The position numbers and the translations under genes are program-made. Below, one piece after another: positions 1-13,724 of a stretch of DNA of 64,000 nucleotides. The stretch is from Lama glama (lineage: Eukaryota): NCBI GenBank assembly GCA_028534125.1, contig CM052816.1, positions 86,430,001 to 86,494,000 of the forward strand, written 5' to 3'. The notes beneath the pieces were generated by a model that was given only the letters and a program-made list of their open reading frames with translations, was not told the DNA's origin and did no database searches. Within the stretch, counting starts at the first letter, position 1, and each line of letters opens with the position of its first letter.

Positions 1-1572
1 ATTGGCTGTTGTGTTCCTTTGACATACGCACCATTTTGTTTTCTGAGTACCCTTTTATTTTCTGGCACTATAAAATATTTTCTGTTCATCTCCTGTTGGG
101 ACAGTAGTTCGTATCCAACACTAAGACAAGACATCGCTCAAAGAGGACTTTTTTTAAAAATAGAAAAGCAGTGAGGATATTTAACCTTCCAAAGTTTAAA
201 TCAAATCAAATAATTCGGGAAGGCATACAGCTCTGAGTTTAAACAAAAAGAAAAAAAGAAAGAAACAGTGCAAGAAGAGGTATTTTAAAAGGTAATATAA
301 ACAGTTGTGAAAATTAAATACAAAACACATCAGGAATAACTCAGTAATAGAGAAGTTATCCTCACTTTAACTGCTGTTGGAATTACTAGATATCCATATA
401 TGGAATTTAAATTCAAATTATACCTGATATAATTGAAAAAAACTCATCACAAAGAATCCTGTAAATTGTTATTAGAAATGAGAGAAATAAGTATCTTAAA
501 AATAAAGTTACAGAAATAAATAAAAATGTCACTAGCAGATTAATAAGAAACAGGCATGCATGAATGATATCTATAGTTTGATTCAAATTATAGTAATTTC
601 AAACAAATATAAGAAATTGTAAGTTTTTATGGCTTTGATTTGATAACTCAGGTCTGCAAAATTTAGAAATTATTAATTCCAAATAAAAAATAACATTTAC
701 AGACATACTGTTTATAAAACTACAAATTTAAACCTATCCAAACTTCTGATAACAGGATAATAGCTAAGCAATTAAGATATCTGAACACAATGTAAAATTT
801 GCATGGATCTTAAAATAACAAACAGACTATGAAAGTACATGGAAATGTGACTGAGAAAAAACCATTTTTGTTACTGAAAAAAATGTTACATATAGAAAGC
901 ATGTACTATTTAAAATTTAGTGACTGTATATGTGTGCTTATTCACAATCATTTATTCAGTCATTCAGTAAAAACTTACATTGCTGGAGCATCATTCATGT
1001 GTTAGATGCTGAAGATGTAGCTTGTAGTTCTGGCCTTCCTAAAACTTACATTGTGACAAAAAGCCCAAAACATTGAAAACAATGCAAAATATGCATATAA
1101 ATATAAATACAAAGTCAAATATTCATTAGGTGAACTTTTAGCCAAACTGTCTTAAATTAACTCCTAGAAATGGAAGCAAGAGTCTGTTCCAAAATTTCAG
1201 AGTGAGGGTGCCAGAGGTACGCTGAGGTGAAGCTAACCTTGTCTCAGATCAGTATGAGTGGCTGTCAAACCTCTTTACCTGAAACAGTGTCTTCTTTTAC
1301 AATTAGTCTTGGTTCGGGTAGAGAGACTTTCCTGGTGAAACTTCAAGGTGATTAACTTCACTGCTTAAATATACGGTGGTATTTAGACTATTTACATTAA
1401 GATGATTATGGATATGTTTAGGTTTGACTCTATCATCTTGCTATTTATTTTCTATTTCTGTCACCTGCTTTTGTTGCCCTTTTTTCTTTTTTCCTACTTT
1501 ATTTGAACTAATTGGATTTTTAATAAGCTTGTATCATTTTTTGTTTTTGCTTATAAGTTGTAACTCTTCATT

Positions 1573-1574
<2 letters not shown>

Positions 1575-1615
<41 letters not shown>

Positions 1616-1751
1616 TAGTAAAAGTAGACTTATTAACTACTTTTTACTAGACTTCACCCTTTACAAGACAAGGGGGTGGGCAGCGGTTAAAGTAAAGAGA
1701 TACACGCTCCATAGACAGAGTGCGGGCCATCTCAGAAGGCAAGAGACAGCA
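1575..1751 (-). mobile_element. Short retroposed insertion: ERV1-LTR-like fragment with (AAAT)n tail
   Basis: (TTTA)n run at ~1571-1616, then a ~135-bp body resembling a cetartiodactyl ERV1 LTR R region (gagatggcccgcactctgtctatggag on -). Flanked by a 9-bp direct repeat cttcatttt at 1566-1574 and 1752-1760. Confidence 0.55.
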
Positions 1752-1865
1752 CTTCATTTTGTTTTCTTCGCAGAGGAATTGGGCTGGTGTGGGCTCAATC
1801 CAGAAGCCTTTGTAGCTCATGATCTAAAGAGAATTTGCATATTTTTTAAGGCTGGATTTAAGAAT

Positions 1866-1875
1866 AAGAAAGAAA

Positions 1876-1952
<77 letters not shown>

Positions 1953-2037
1953 GAAGGAAGGAAGGAAGGAAGGAAGGAAGGAAGGAAGGAAGGAAGGAAG
2001 GAAGGAAGGAAGGAAGGAAGAAAGAAAGAAAGAAAAA
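1866..2037 (+). repeat. Compound (GAAA)n-(GGAA)17-(GAAA)n microsatellite
   Basis: Directly visible pure purine tract of about 170 nt; GGAA x17 at 1952-2019. Confidence 0.97.
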
Positions 2038-3639
2038 CAGGAGTGAATATGGTGTGGAGACTACGTGGACCTCAAAATTCAAAATAGTTACTCTCTGCCC
2101 TTTACACACACACAAAAATGCATACCGAGTATACGGACCCTGTTTGTGGCTTTTTTAGGATTAATAGTACAGAAAGTCTTCCTTTTGTGTCGTCATATGG
2201 GACCATAAAAATGTCTGTGCATGCTGAAACCATGCAGCTTGTTCTTAACATTCATTGGGGAAAATTAAACTTCTGTTACTTTAGAATTTTTTTTTTTTGG
2301 TCAAAGCTTCAAAACACTTCTAATATTTGCTCTAAACTTACAGGAAATAAAACAGTATAAAACTAATAGTATTGAGTGTGCTGTCACTTAAAAGATTAGA
2401 AACATTTGTAATTGAAGTATTTTACTTCAGAAAAAAAGAGTAGTTTGAATAGTGCTTCCATTCTTCTCATCCAATACATGACACATTTTTTATGTCTTGG
2501 CAAATTCTCATACTCCCTTCTAAGTTTTGTTGTTGTGAAATATCTCTGAGTTCCTTTAATGTATAATGTCGCCTGGATACCGGAAATTACCACAGAATAT
2601 TTTAGCGCTGTTCACCTCCACCATGAATTATACTGTCACTGTCTTTTATGTTCTTTGGTTGTTCAGATTGATTCACACACTTTGTATTCTCTTCACTATT
2701 TCTTCTTCCATGTCAGGCTTTCAGTTAGGGAGGACTTGCTTGCCTTTGTTATGAAATAAATGTTTTCATTAGTATGTATGCTGGTGGTGATATCTTCAGC
2801 TTTTTTTACCCGAAGGTATTTTTGGCCTTGTGTCAAAAAGTTAATTTTTGTGGGGATAGAATTTGAGAGTGACAGTCACTTCAGGTAGCATTTCTCTGTC
2901 TCCTGGATTATTAGTGGATTGTTGCTACTGAGAAATCAGCTGACAGTCTGCCTCTCCTTTGAAGATAATTGGCTCGTTTTTGTCTGACTGCTTTCAAGTT
3001 TTGTCTTAGGGTTCTCTATTTTACTTACACACTTTTAATCTAGCTCAAAAATATTGGTGAAGGTCAGCGTATTGTTACAGCTTCTTACGGTCAGTTTTTT
3101 TTTTTCTTTACCTTTAATTACTTATGCATTTTCTTTCATTTATTCCTCTACCTTTGCTTATGGTAAGGTAATTTTCTCTCTACGTTCACAGCATGAACAA
3201 AACTGGGTCTAGCTATTTAATATTTGCATTTCGAGTCTATGTCTTTTGCCTTGAATTGTGTACCTGTTACCCAAGGAACACAACAAAGCTAAAAAGCAAG
3301 CTTTCCCTTCTAAACATATTTTCATAGAAAAAGCAACTTTATGATCTGCTGAGTTGTTTTGTTTTGTTTTTGTCTTTTTTTAAATTTAGGTATTATAGCA
3401 CAATATTGTAAATCTTCCTGAGTGTTATTATGAGTTGCAAATATATTTTCCCTAGCATATATTGTATTTTACCATTTGAGTAGGTACCTGTAAACAAATT
3501 ATTCAGTTAGTTTTATGAAGTTAAATTATTTATTTTTGTCTTCTTAAGTTGTTTCCCTCATTTTTCTGATCTCTTCTTGAAAAATGAATTCTTTCATTTT
3601 TCTTTTTCCTTGCTAAATCTTTTATTCCACAGCCAGATA

Positions 3640-4590
3640 ATTTAGTATTTATTCCCTTCAAAGATATCCTCCCATATAACCACAACACACCATCAAAGTC
3701 AGGAAATTAACATTGATGCATTACAAACATCTACCTCAGGCCCTATTAAAATTTTGCCACTTATCCTCATATCATCCTTTATAGGAAAACAATGCAGTTC
3801 ACAATCATATGTTGCATTTATTTGCCATGCCTTCTTGGTTTCTTTCTGTCTTCTGACAAAGTTCTCAATATTTCTTTGACTTCATGATCTTGACACTTTT
3901 GCAAATTACAGGCCACTTACCTTCTGAAATGTTCTTCAGTTTGTGTGTGTCTGACGATCTCTCCTGATCAGATTTGGGTTATGCGTTTTCAGCAGGAAAT
4001 CACACAAGGGATGCTGTTCTCATTGCATCCAGTCAGGGGTCACAAGATTTCAATTTGTGCCATTACTGATAATAACTGTGATTATTGGATTAAAATGGCA
4101 TCCTCACTGTAAAATTATTCCTGTACCTTATTCCTTTTTTATTTAAATTTGCTCATTAAGATTCCTTTTTAGAGCAGTTTTAGGTTCACAGAAATATGAT
4201 GAGGAAGGTACAGATATTTCTCAGAGATCCCTTGCCCTTACACATGCCTACCCTCCTCATTATCACCCTCCCCCACCAGAGTGATGCATTTGTTATGATT
4301 GATGAACCTACACGGATAATCATTCAAAGTCCATAGTTCACTTTACAGTTCACTGCACATGTATGTGCTGTGGGTTTGGGCAATATAATGACACGTATCC
4401 AGTAGGATGGATCATAGGGACCACTCCACTGACATAAAATTCCTGTGTTCTCTACGTATTCATCCCTCCCCATCTCCTAACCCTGACAACCAATAATCTT
4501 TCACTGTCTCCATAGTTCTGTCATTTCCAGAATGTCATATAGATGGAATCACACAGTATGTATCCTTTCCAAATTGGCTTCTTTCATTTT
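3640..4590 (-). mobile_element. Old L1 (L1MC-type) 3' end fragments
   Basis: Antisense L1M 3'UTR motifs such as tttttagagcagttttaggttcacag and actgtctccatagttctgtcatttccagaatgtcatatag; boundaries approximate. Confidence 0.65.
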
Positions 4591-5904
4591 ACTCTCCTCA
4601 TTTTTCCCCCAATGAATTCTGTTTATGTTTTAACCCCTTCCTATGCTATTAAAATATCTTATATCAACTTTTATGTCAATGTTTTTACTCTTGTTATAGA
4701 AAACCCATTTTCTTCTCACTTTTTTTTAACAGTTCATGCCTACTCTCCTGAATATTGTGCCCATAATTCTTATGTGGTTTAAAACAATTTACTATATAAA
4801 TAATTACCTATGGAATATTTTGGAATTCCATATAATTCTTTAATCCTGTAAAACAAAACAATCCATACCTGTTTTGTCATAACTTTCTGATGACCACTTT
4901 TTGTATGTATCTATTAGTCATATTGTTTGCCCTCCTTTTTTCCTATTCTAGTACAGTTATGCAGATTACAAGCCGGTCCCTTTTTACTTGCTGTTGAAAA
5001 CAATGTTTGTATTAGTCCAGTTATTTATAGGCAAAGGCAAGAATGCAGGACAGGAATTCTCTGTATATGTGAACTAAGTAAGAGGCAAGACTTTTGTTTG
5101 TTTGATTTTACTTCTTTGCAGCCGACTCAGTTAGTGAATTTCAGACTTTTTAAAATGTAGATTTTTCTCCTCTTTTGGTCTCATATTAACATAGCTTCCT
5201 GCAAATATGACTTTTCTGTTTGATTTATTTTATCTGCCATTTTTGGGCTGAAACTCATCCTCTTTACTTCTGTGATCAACCCACATAGCTATTCCCTGTT
5301 TTTCTGAAGGGTCTTGATTTTTTTTTTTTGCCATATAATATCAAATAATTTGTCAAATGGAACTCTGCCAAAGTTTTCTTAGATCCTCTGCTCTGAGTAT
5401 CCTCTCTTAGTGTCTTTTCACCTTGCCATTTGAATAAAAATTCACTACATGTGGGTGTTGCTTGGTTTCTTGTAAGATGGGACTGGTATTTTTCCTTCTT
5501 GATTTCCTAAATTCCTTTAGATGTTTTAAAAAAGAGGAAGAGGGAAATCTCCATACAGTGTTATTTTTAACTAGAAGTTATAAGCCATGTTTCCAAAGCT
5601 CCATTCTGGATTCCCAGAGAATGGTTGACTCCATTCCTCAAACTCTGTCTCTTGGATTTCTCAGGTCCTTCTAGACTCCAAATTAATTTTGATTTCTGGC
5701 CCAGCTAGAGCATGAGACCAAGACTGACTTCTCCATAGCCATCCAGACAATAAGTTTTTTGTTTTGTTTTTTTTCCCAAAGATTGTTTAGTAAAAGTATC
5801 ATGGAGTTTTGAACCAGAAAAGCTTTGCATAAATTTGAGTCAATCTTTTCCTGGATTTATGATTTGTGTTAATGTCTTCATTATTAAACCAGACATAGTA
5901 GTAG

Positions 5905-6110
5905 TAGTGTGCTGGAGTAAGTTCATGCCTGATTGCAAGAGCCCATTTAAAATTTTCCAAGATGTGCATTGCTCAATGCCAGATAATGCCACGTTAGTAG
6001 TTTTAAATTGAGTAAAATGTGATATTTACACCACAGAAACTGACAGACAGTACAAATCAGGCCTCCTTTCCCTGGAGAGTTAATTGTTAAAGATTTGCCA
6101 ATTTAACACT
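5905..6110. mobile_element. MER63-like hAT DNA transposon MITE
   Basis: Begins agtagtgtgctgg, contains atttacaccacagaaactg...tacaaatcagg and ends ttgttaaagatttgcca...cact, resembling the MER63 consensus as recalled. Confidence 0.5.
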
Positions 6111-7269
6111 TTACAGCAACATTTTTTTTCACAAAGATGTTGCTAGAATTGAACATAATAATTTATGGAACGCATTAAGTATGTTTTCTGGCATATTGTT
6201 AATACTCAGTAAATGTTAGTAATTTCCTTCCCTTCTTGCCTTCCTACTACTCTACTCCAACCAACAATGTCTTAACTTCCTTCAGAGTTCATGGAATTTC
6301 TTCTTAATTGTTTCATTGTTCTTATACTGACCTTGACTCAGAACTGAATAATAGTGCTTTCCTGGCCTCTGACTTAATTTATTTTCCTGTTGCATAATTT
6401 GCCACTCATTTCTTCCTTTGAAGCACTTTCTTACTGCCGACCCCTGTGCCTTTTAGCATTAATCAATCTTCTTAGTTTAATTGAAGCTGTTCTATTTCTT
6501 ACATCTTATTTTTTCCCTTTGTCCAACAACTTAAAATCTGTCCCTTTGTCTCTGCAACTTCAAGATTCATCTTGAATCTCACTAGTAAAATGCACTGAGG
6601 CATTTAAATGATTAATATATTTACCCTGCATGTTCAACCCACTGCTGACTACTGAGATGCTGATTATGATGAATGCCACAGTAAAGTGAGAAAGGACCGG
6701 TTCTCCCCCTAAATTCTTAAATTGGATCTCTACTGCTGCAAAATTCCTTGAGTAATTTTCAACTTCTAAGAGAAGAAATGAGATTAATGGGCACTGTTTC
6801 TTTTCTTTTCTCAGAACAAATTTTGAAAAAAAAGGCTCTATCGGGAACAAATCTTTTTTTTTTTTTTTCTAAATAGGTAAGAAGCCAGAGAGACTTCAAA
6901 ACCAGTGGCTACTAATAAATTCTTCATCTCACACTACAATGAACCTGACTTGATCATAATTTCTTTGGGGAAAATCAGAATGATTTCAAAGCTTTCACAA
7001 AGTAGCTTTTTTCCTTCTTGGTAAAATTTAAATGGTTCCAAAGCAAATTAGATTAAAAATGAGCAATGCAAAACTGTCACAAGCAGACATTTTCAGATAA
7101 ACTCTAGAGACAGTCTTTAAATTTTGGATCTAATCAGATAAGAATGCAGAGAACATTTTACCAGTATAAATTTTAGCAGTAGTCAGGTAACAAGCAAATA
7201 GTGTATATTTGGGGTATTGCACGATGTAGCCTTTCAAAACACATATTAGGTGTTTGTTTGTTTGTCTTT

Positions 7270-7600
7270 TTTGCTTTGTTTTTTGCATAAGCATCTGTGG
7301 AAGGGAAATATAAGAATCAGGATTGAACTAAGGGAGAGTTAATCAGTGATGCCCTATGGCCTCAGCCCACCTCAATGGGGCTCTGGAGCTTAAATATCCT
7401 GCCAGAAACTTCTTTCATTGAAATAGTCAGACCCTCCTACCCGTCCACAATTCTGCATGTGAGCTCCCCTGGGAAATGGTGACTTTGGGTGAGGCAGCTC
7501 TCTGAAACTGAGACAATCCGTGAAGGATTTCCCACAGCTGGGGCCACATTCTGTGCTTCAGGGCAGAACTGGGGCTGACAGCTCTGCGTGAATCACAGAG
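7270..7600. mobile_element. LTR16-like ERVL LTR fragment
   Basis: GC-richer island with ggcctcagccc...gggctctggagct and ctttgggtgaggcagctctctg motifs typical of the LTR16 family. Confidence 0.45.
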
Positions 7601-8119
7601 AAATGTTTTTAGCCTTATTGTTTTCAGTTAAGACAAACTTGAATGCAAAGATTTTATCACTGTTAGAAACATAGGCAAACGTTTCTGCAAATTAATATCA
7701 CTAAGAAAATAATTGATTCACACTGCAACAGAAAACTGGAACATTTTCAGGCAAAAATATATCTCAAGAAAAGCACATACTTGCCCACATAAACATGCAC
7801 ATATTACAATATCTTCCCAATAAAGAATAACAATTTGAAATACATATACATGAAATACATTTACTAAGTATACTAAAAGTTTTTAAATGTTTAAATTTTA
7901 AAAAGCTTGCAGTCATTTTAAATAATATAAATATGTACAAATTATTTTAGAAATTACATTAATGGTTCTGAGGCAAAGCCAGGCTTTTGACAATAAAATT
8001 ACTTAAAAAATATCTCAGTGAGTCTTTAGGGGCATGCATTTATTACATTTCTCTTCACGTGTATAAAAGGTGTTGCACATCATGTATATTAAAATATGCT
8101 GATTAAGTTTCTAAAATAA

Positions 8120-8960
8120 TTTATTTTATTATTGTGGTAAAATATACAGAACATAAAATTTACCATTTTAATCATTTTTAAGTGTGCAATTCAGTGGTAT
8201 CAGAAACATTTAAATTTCTTAGCAACTATCATCAGTATCCATCCAGAGAATTTCCATCAGCCCAAATTGAAACTCATTAAACAATTATTTTCCTTTACTG
8301 CTTTACCTGTGCCCCACTAATCTATTTTCTGCCTATGAATTTGCCTATTCTAAGTACCTTATGTGAGTCACACAATATTTGTCCCTTTTTGTGTAGCTTA
8401 TTTCACTTAGCATAATGTTTTCAAGGTTCAAGCATACTGTAGTATGTATCAGGAATCCATTCATTTTTAAGGCTGAATAATATTCTGTCGTGTGTACACA
8501 CCATATTTTGTTTATCTAGTCACTTGTCAATGGACATTTGGTTGTTACCACTTTTGGCTATTGTGAATAGTGCTGTTGTACAAATACATGTTTGAGTTCC
8601 AGCTTTCAGTACTTCTGTGTATGGACCCAAATGTGAACTTTCTGGATCATACGGTAATTCTATATTTAATCTTTTGAGGAAACACCATACTGTTTTCCAT
8701 AGGCGCTGTACCATTTTACATTCCCACCAACAATGCAGAAAGGTTCTAATTTATCCACACCCTTGCCAACATTTGATTTTTTTCTGTTTTGCTGAATAAT
8801 AGACATCTTAATGGAATCTCATTATGGTTTTGACTTGAATTCCCCTAAGGACTAATGATGTTAAACATCCTTTCATGGTCTTAATGGCTATTTGTATATC
8901 TTCTTTAGAGAAATGTTTATTCAAGTTCTTTGCCCATTTTTAATTGGAATGTTTGTTAAA
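8120..8960 (-). mobile_element. L1 (L1MB-like) 3' end, degraded
   Basis: Minus-strand ORF 8520-8714 (LWKTVWCFLKRLNIELPYDP...ALFTIAK) is the L1 ORF2 C-terminus; the antisense 3'UTR lies to its left. Confidence 0.85.
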
Positions 8961-9109
8961 TTATTTTATTTTGAATGATTTTAAAATGTGAATTAAGAAT
9001 ACATTCTCTATGCCCAATCTTTCTTTATAGAGGTACTTGCAATATATTGTTTTCCCTTTGATTTCTATTCTGTATTTTTAATTTATTTTTATAACAAGCC
9101 TACTTTTTA

Positions 9110-9500
9110 AGAATGTTTTTGAAATTGCTTATACTAAACACAAAACTGAAAATACATAGTTAAAGCAAACAGTGTTGTAAATTATTTTGGGGGGAGAGTA
9201 GATCACAGGACTTGTGTTGAATTCCATGCTCTGCCACTAACTCTGTATGATTGTGAGAAAATCATTTAATTCCTTGTGTTTCTCATTTTGTTATCCCTAA
9301 AATGGAGTATTTAGGTGACCAAATTTGAGATACCGTTACATTCTGTAATTCTATATTAACACAGCTGATAAAAAGCAAAGAAAGTAAGAAATACACACAG
9401 AGTTAGACAGTTATAGGAATAGGGAGATTATATTTATTGGCATATTTAAACTTTCTCAAAAAAATCTCTTTATGAAAAGCATCTTTAAATTTTAAAGTAT
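9110..9500 (+). repeat. Copy A of an ancient ~400-bp direct duplication (contains a MIR-like fragment)
   Basis: Shares exact ttacattctgtaattctatatta (9336-9358) and ccatgctctgcca (9224-9236) with copy B, with collinear flanks. Confidence 0.75.
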
Positions 9501-12500
9501 AATTTACTTACCTATACAAAACACACTGATCTTAGGTATGGTCTGTGGTGTTTTGACAAATATATCAACCCCTGAAATTGCATGAAAATATAAAGTGTTT
9601 CCAACACCTGGAAAGTTCCCTGTGTGCCTTCTTTGTCAATCTCCTACCCACATCAGGCAACCACTGTTCTGACTTCCTTCAACCGAGATGGATATTTTTT
9701 CATTTAGAATTTCATGTAAAGGAATTTACAAAACAGGTGTTCTTTTGCATGTGGCTTCTTTTTCTCACCATAATATTTTTTCGGTTTTTGCATGCCTTTG
9801 TGTTTATCAGTGGTTCATTCTTTGTTATTGCTGAGTGGTGTTCTATTGTATTAGTATGCCACAACTTGTTTATTCAGTCTCCTGTTGGTAGGTGTTTGAG
9901 TCCTTTTGTGTATGTGTGTGCATGTACATGTGTGTGCGTGTGTGTATGTTTGGCAAATGCATAGAAGTGAAGTTTCCCATTATGGATTAAGTATATGGTT
10001 AACTTAGTGAGAAAATTCTAATTTTCTTCTGAAATGGTTGTATGTACCATTTTAAACTCTCACCACTAATGTATGAGAGCTCCTAATATCCAATGTTCTG
10101 GAGAACATTGGTGTTGGTAGTGTCTTTATATTGAGCCACTCTGCAGAGCACATAGTGGAATTTCAATACGGTCTTTATTTCCATTTCCCTGATGGCTAAG
10201 GATGCTGAGCATCTTTAATATGGCTGAATAAAATGGCTAATGGCTGCTGTATAATATATATGCACATAATTCCTTCATGCAATGTCTTTTTGACTTTTGC
10301 TCAATGTTTTATTAGGTTGTTGAGATTTTATAAATTGAGTCATAGGAGTTGTTTACATTTGGATATAAGTTTTTGTCAGATATATAGTTATTACAAATAA
10401 TTTTCCTCCCAGTCTCTGGCTGACTCATTCATTTTCTTTATGTTGAGGAGAAGTTTTTAATTTTAATGAAGTCTGTTTTATCTTCCTGTTTTTCTCTTTT
10501 TATCGTTAGTGCTTTCTGAGTCCTAGCTAACAAAAATTTTATTACCTTAAGGTCATAAGGTTATTCTTCCTTCATATTTTCTTCTGGTAGATTTATAGTT
10601 TTGTATTTTACATTTAGCTCTTGCATACATTTTTGTGTACAGTGTAACACAGAAAAAGGGTTTTTTAATCACTGTTATTTTTTCCATTCAGAGAACCAGT
10701 TGTTTTAGCATAATTTGTAAAAACACTTTCTGTTTGAAATGTTATATACCTTAGTCAAAATGAATTGACCATATATATTCTAGTCTAATTATGAATGATC
10801 AATTCTGTTCCATTGACCTATTTGTATATTGTATATGTTATCTTGCTTATTTGTAGCTTCAGAGTAAGGTTTGAAATCAAGTAAGTGCACCAACTTTGAT
10901 TCTTTCAAATATTTTTGACAATTCTATGTCATTTGCATTTTTGTATAAAATTTAGCTTCATCAAAAATATATTTAAAATATACTGGGTTATTATTTGGTT
11001 TCTATCAAATGTATAAATCAAGTTGGAGAGAAGTGACATCTTATAGTAATCTGCTTGGGCTACCATAACAAAACACCACAGACTGATGGCTTAGGCAACA
11101 GAAACTTACTTTCTCATGATCTTGAGGCTAAAATTTCCAAATCAAGGTCTAGCAGGTTTGGTTTCTGTTGAGAGCTCAACTTCTGGCTTGCAGATGGTCA
11201 ACTGTTCACAATGTCCTCACATTGGCCTTTCCTAGGTGTGGATGTGCCCATGGAGGTGGAGATAGGGTGGGGAAAGAGAGAACTCTCTGGAATCTCTTCT
11301 TCTATAGGCACTAATCCCATAGAATCAGGGCCCCATCTTTATGACCTCGTTAACCGTGACTACTTTCATAGAGGCCCCATTGCCAATTATAGCCAAACTT
11401 GAGGTTAGGGCCTCAACATACGTATCTGGGGGGACACAGACATTCAGTTCATAACACATCTTAAAATTGAATCTTCCAATCTATGAACATGCTTTATCTT
11501 TTTATCTATTTAGGACTTCTTTTTCTCTCAGTAATGTTTTGTAAATTTAAGCATAGAGATCTTACATATATTCTGCTATGGTTTTCCCTAAGTGTTTTAT
11601 GTTTTTGAATGTTATTGTAAAAGGTATGAATTTTAGAGTTCACCTCCTAAGTGTATTTTGCTAGTATGTAGAAATACAAATTATTTTGTATTTTGACCTT
11701 GCATACTGTGGCCTTGATTAATTTATTTAACTGATTTAGCATTTAAAAAAAATAGATTGATTAGGATTTTCTACACAGTTAGGTTGTCTCGGTAAATATA
11801 ATTTTACACCTTTTCCTTTCTTCTCTTTTTCTTCCCTTTCTTACCCTTGCTGAACAACTGAGTTAAATCTTTTTGGGACAGAGCATCAACTTCAAGGGCT
11901 AAAAATGTCTCAGTTGCACAGAATGAACAAAATCAGGATAAGAGACATTTTTAGGGATGGCAGCCAGAGGTGGAATGTCAGAGACTGAACATAGTAAAGG
12001 AAACTATATAGGAATTTGGACTGATGTGGGCTGACTGAGTCAGAAAAGGATGTGGTGAACATACACAAGGTGGAGTGTCCCAGTGTGAGAGTCAGAGTGT
12101 GGGCTGAGGAGGGCATCTATTCACAGGAAAGGCCAGTATGACGTACTGGAACCTGGGCATGTAGCCGATGCCTCCTGAGAGAGAAGGGATGGTGGCAGAT
12201 AGGGGAGATTTGTTACATATAGAGGGATTGATCAAATATGAGAATAGTTTAAGGATCATCATAGCAAATATTCTTTCTGTAATAGAAACGAGTTAGAAAT
12301 AAGGAAAGGAAGAAAACTAGAATACTTCTGTCCTGTTGGACTGCAATTAAAAATATGGGTGTGAACTCATGGTTTTTAATTTATTTGTATGTATTGACAT
12401 AGAAATATATCTATGTATATGTATAGTATGTGTTATAGTGTGTGCAGTATAAGTAGTGTACAAATATTACTGAGTTGTATCCAATAAGACAGCCTGAGGA

Positions 12501-13710
12501 AAGCAACATCCCAGTGACAATGAGTGTGCCAAACACCCCAGATATTTGTTTCTAAATAACCATTTTTGACTAAGAGGAACCAGAGATCTTTTAAGAGACA
12601 GATGATTCCACAGCTGGAGCAGTGTGTGTACAAGACAAACCTGCCCTATCTTGTTGTGTCAAAAAGCAAGCAAGTGCTCCAAGAATGACAAACACGTAAA
12701 GGACAGAGAAGCAGCTTGAATAGGATCCCTCTGGACAAACTGAGGGCTATTTGAACATCCAAATAAATAATGTTAGTAAAGGATTGTAACCCATTGGAGA
12801 AGATGGAAAGCATTAGTTCATGAAGGTATAATTTATTAAGTACCTGATTAGAAAATTTTATGATGATTGGAATATTTACATAGCATTTTGAAAGCTTCCA
12901 ATAAAACATGTATTCATTACAAAGGGAAAATTTATAATTTTCCAGTTGAGAAGACTGAATCCGTTGATCAAAGTGAATACTGTCAATATAGAGATAAACT
13001 GAAAGTTGTCCTTTGTTGACGGGATGCAGTAAAAACATAAGACCACTTCTGTAATAATCCTATCAAAAATGCCTGACCTAAATCACAACATGAGGAAACA
13101 TCAGACCAACCTGAAGTGAGGAAAATAATGACACAATAACTCAAGTGTGATGATCATAATTGTTCAAGTCATCACGTTAAGGAAAAATTAACTGTTCCAG
13201 ACTCAAAGATACTAAAAAGACATAAGCCTAAGTGCAGCACATGATTTGAGAGGAATATTTTTACTGCAAAAGATAGTATTGGAAAAATTGGTGAAATTTA
13301 AATGGAGCCTGAGGATGATAATATTATATCAGTGCTACATTAGTGATTTTGATAGAAAATTTGAGATGTGTAAGATAATTTACTTGGTAGGAAATGCCAA
13401 CTAAAGAACTCAGGAATGATGGTATCTCAAGTTAACAATTTATGCTCAAATGGTTACGAGAAAGATAAGTTTTTTATACTGTCATTCCAAATTTCTATTT
13501 TTGTGAGTGTTTAAAAATTTTTAATGAGTTTATTTCTCCCATTGCAATTAGTACACCTGTGATTGTATTTTTATTTACTAATTGTAATGGTTAAGACTGT
13601 CAGCTTTATGTTAAATGGAAATGATGAGGATGGAAAATCTCCTGTTTTGACCTTATGAGGAAATCAATTTGCCTTTTTACATCTTACATGATATTAACCA
13701 AGGGGATTTT
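9500..13710 (-). mobile_element. Old L1M element, antisense, interrupted by an MLT1 LTR and a sense L1MC 3' segment (~12250-13520)
   Basis: Antisense L1 ORF2/3'UTR motifs through 9500-11800 and 13560-13710; sense L1MC-like 3'UTR at 12250-13520. Confidence 0.65.
11042..11456 (-). mobile_element. MLT1A-type MaLR solo LTR
   Basis: ctgcttgggctaccataacaaaacaccacagact...gggggacacagacattcagttcataaca; 5-bp TSD catct at 11037-11041 and 11457-11461. Confidence 0.85.
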
Positions 13711-13724
13711 GTAGAATAAATGAA

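Noticed and set aside
1779..2115. ORFs with KERK/EGRK and FFLS/FLPS repeats
   Set aside because: Translations of the GAAA/GGAA microsatellite, not genes.
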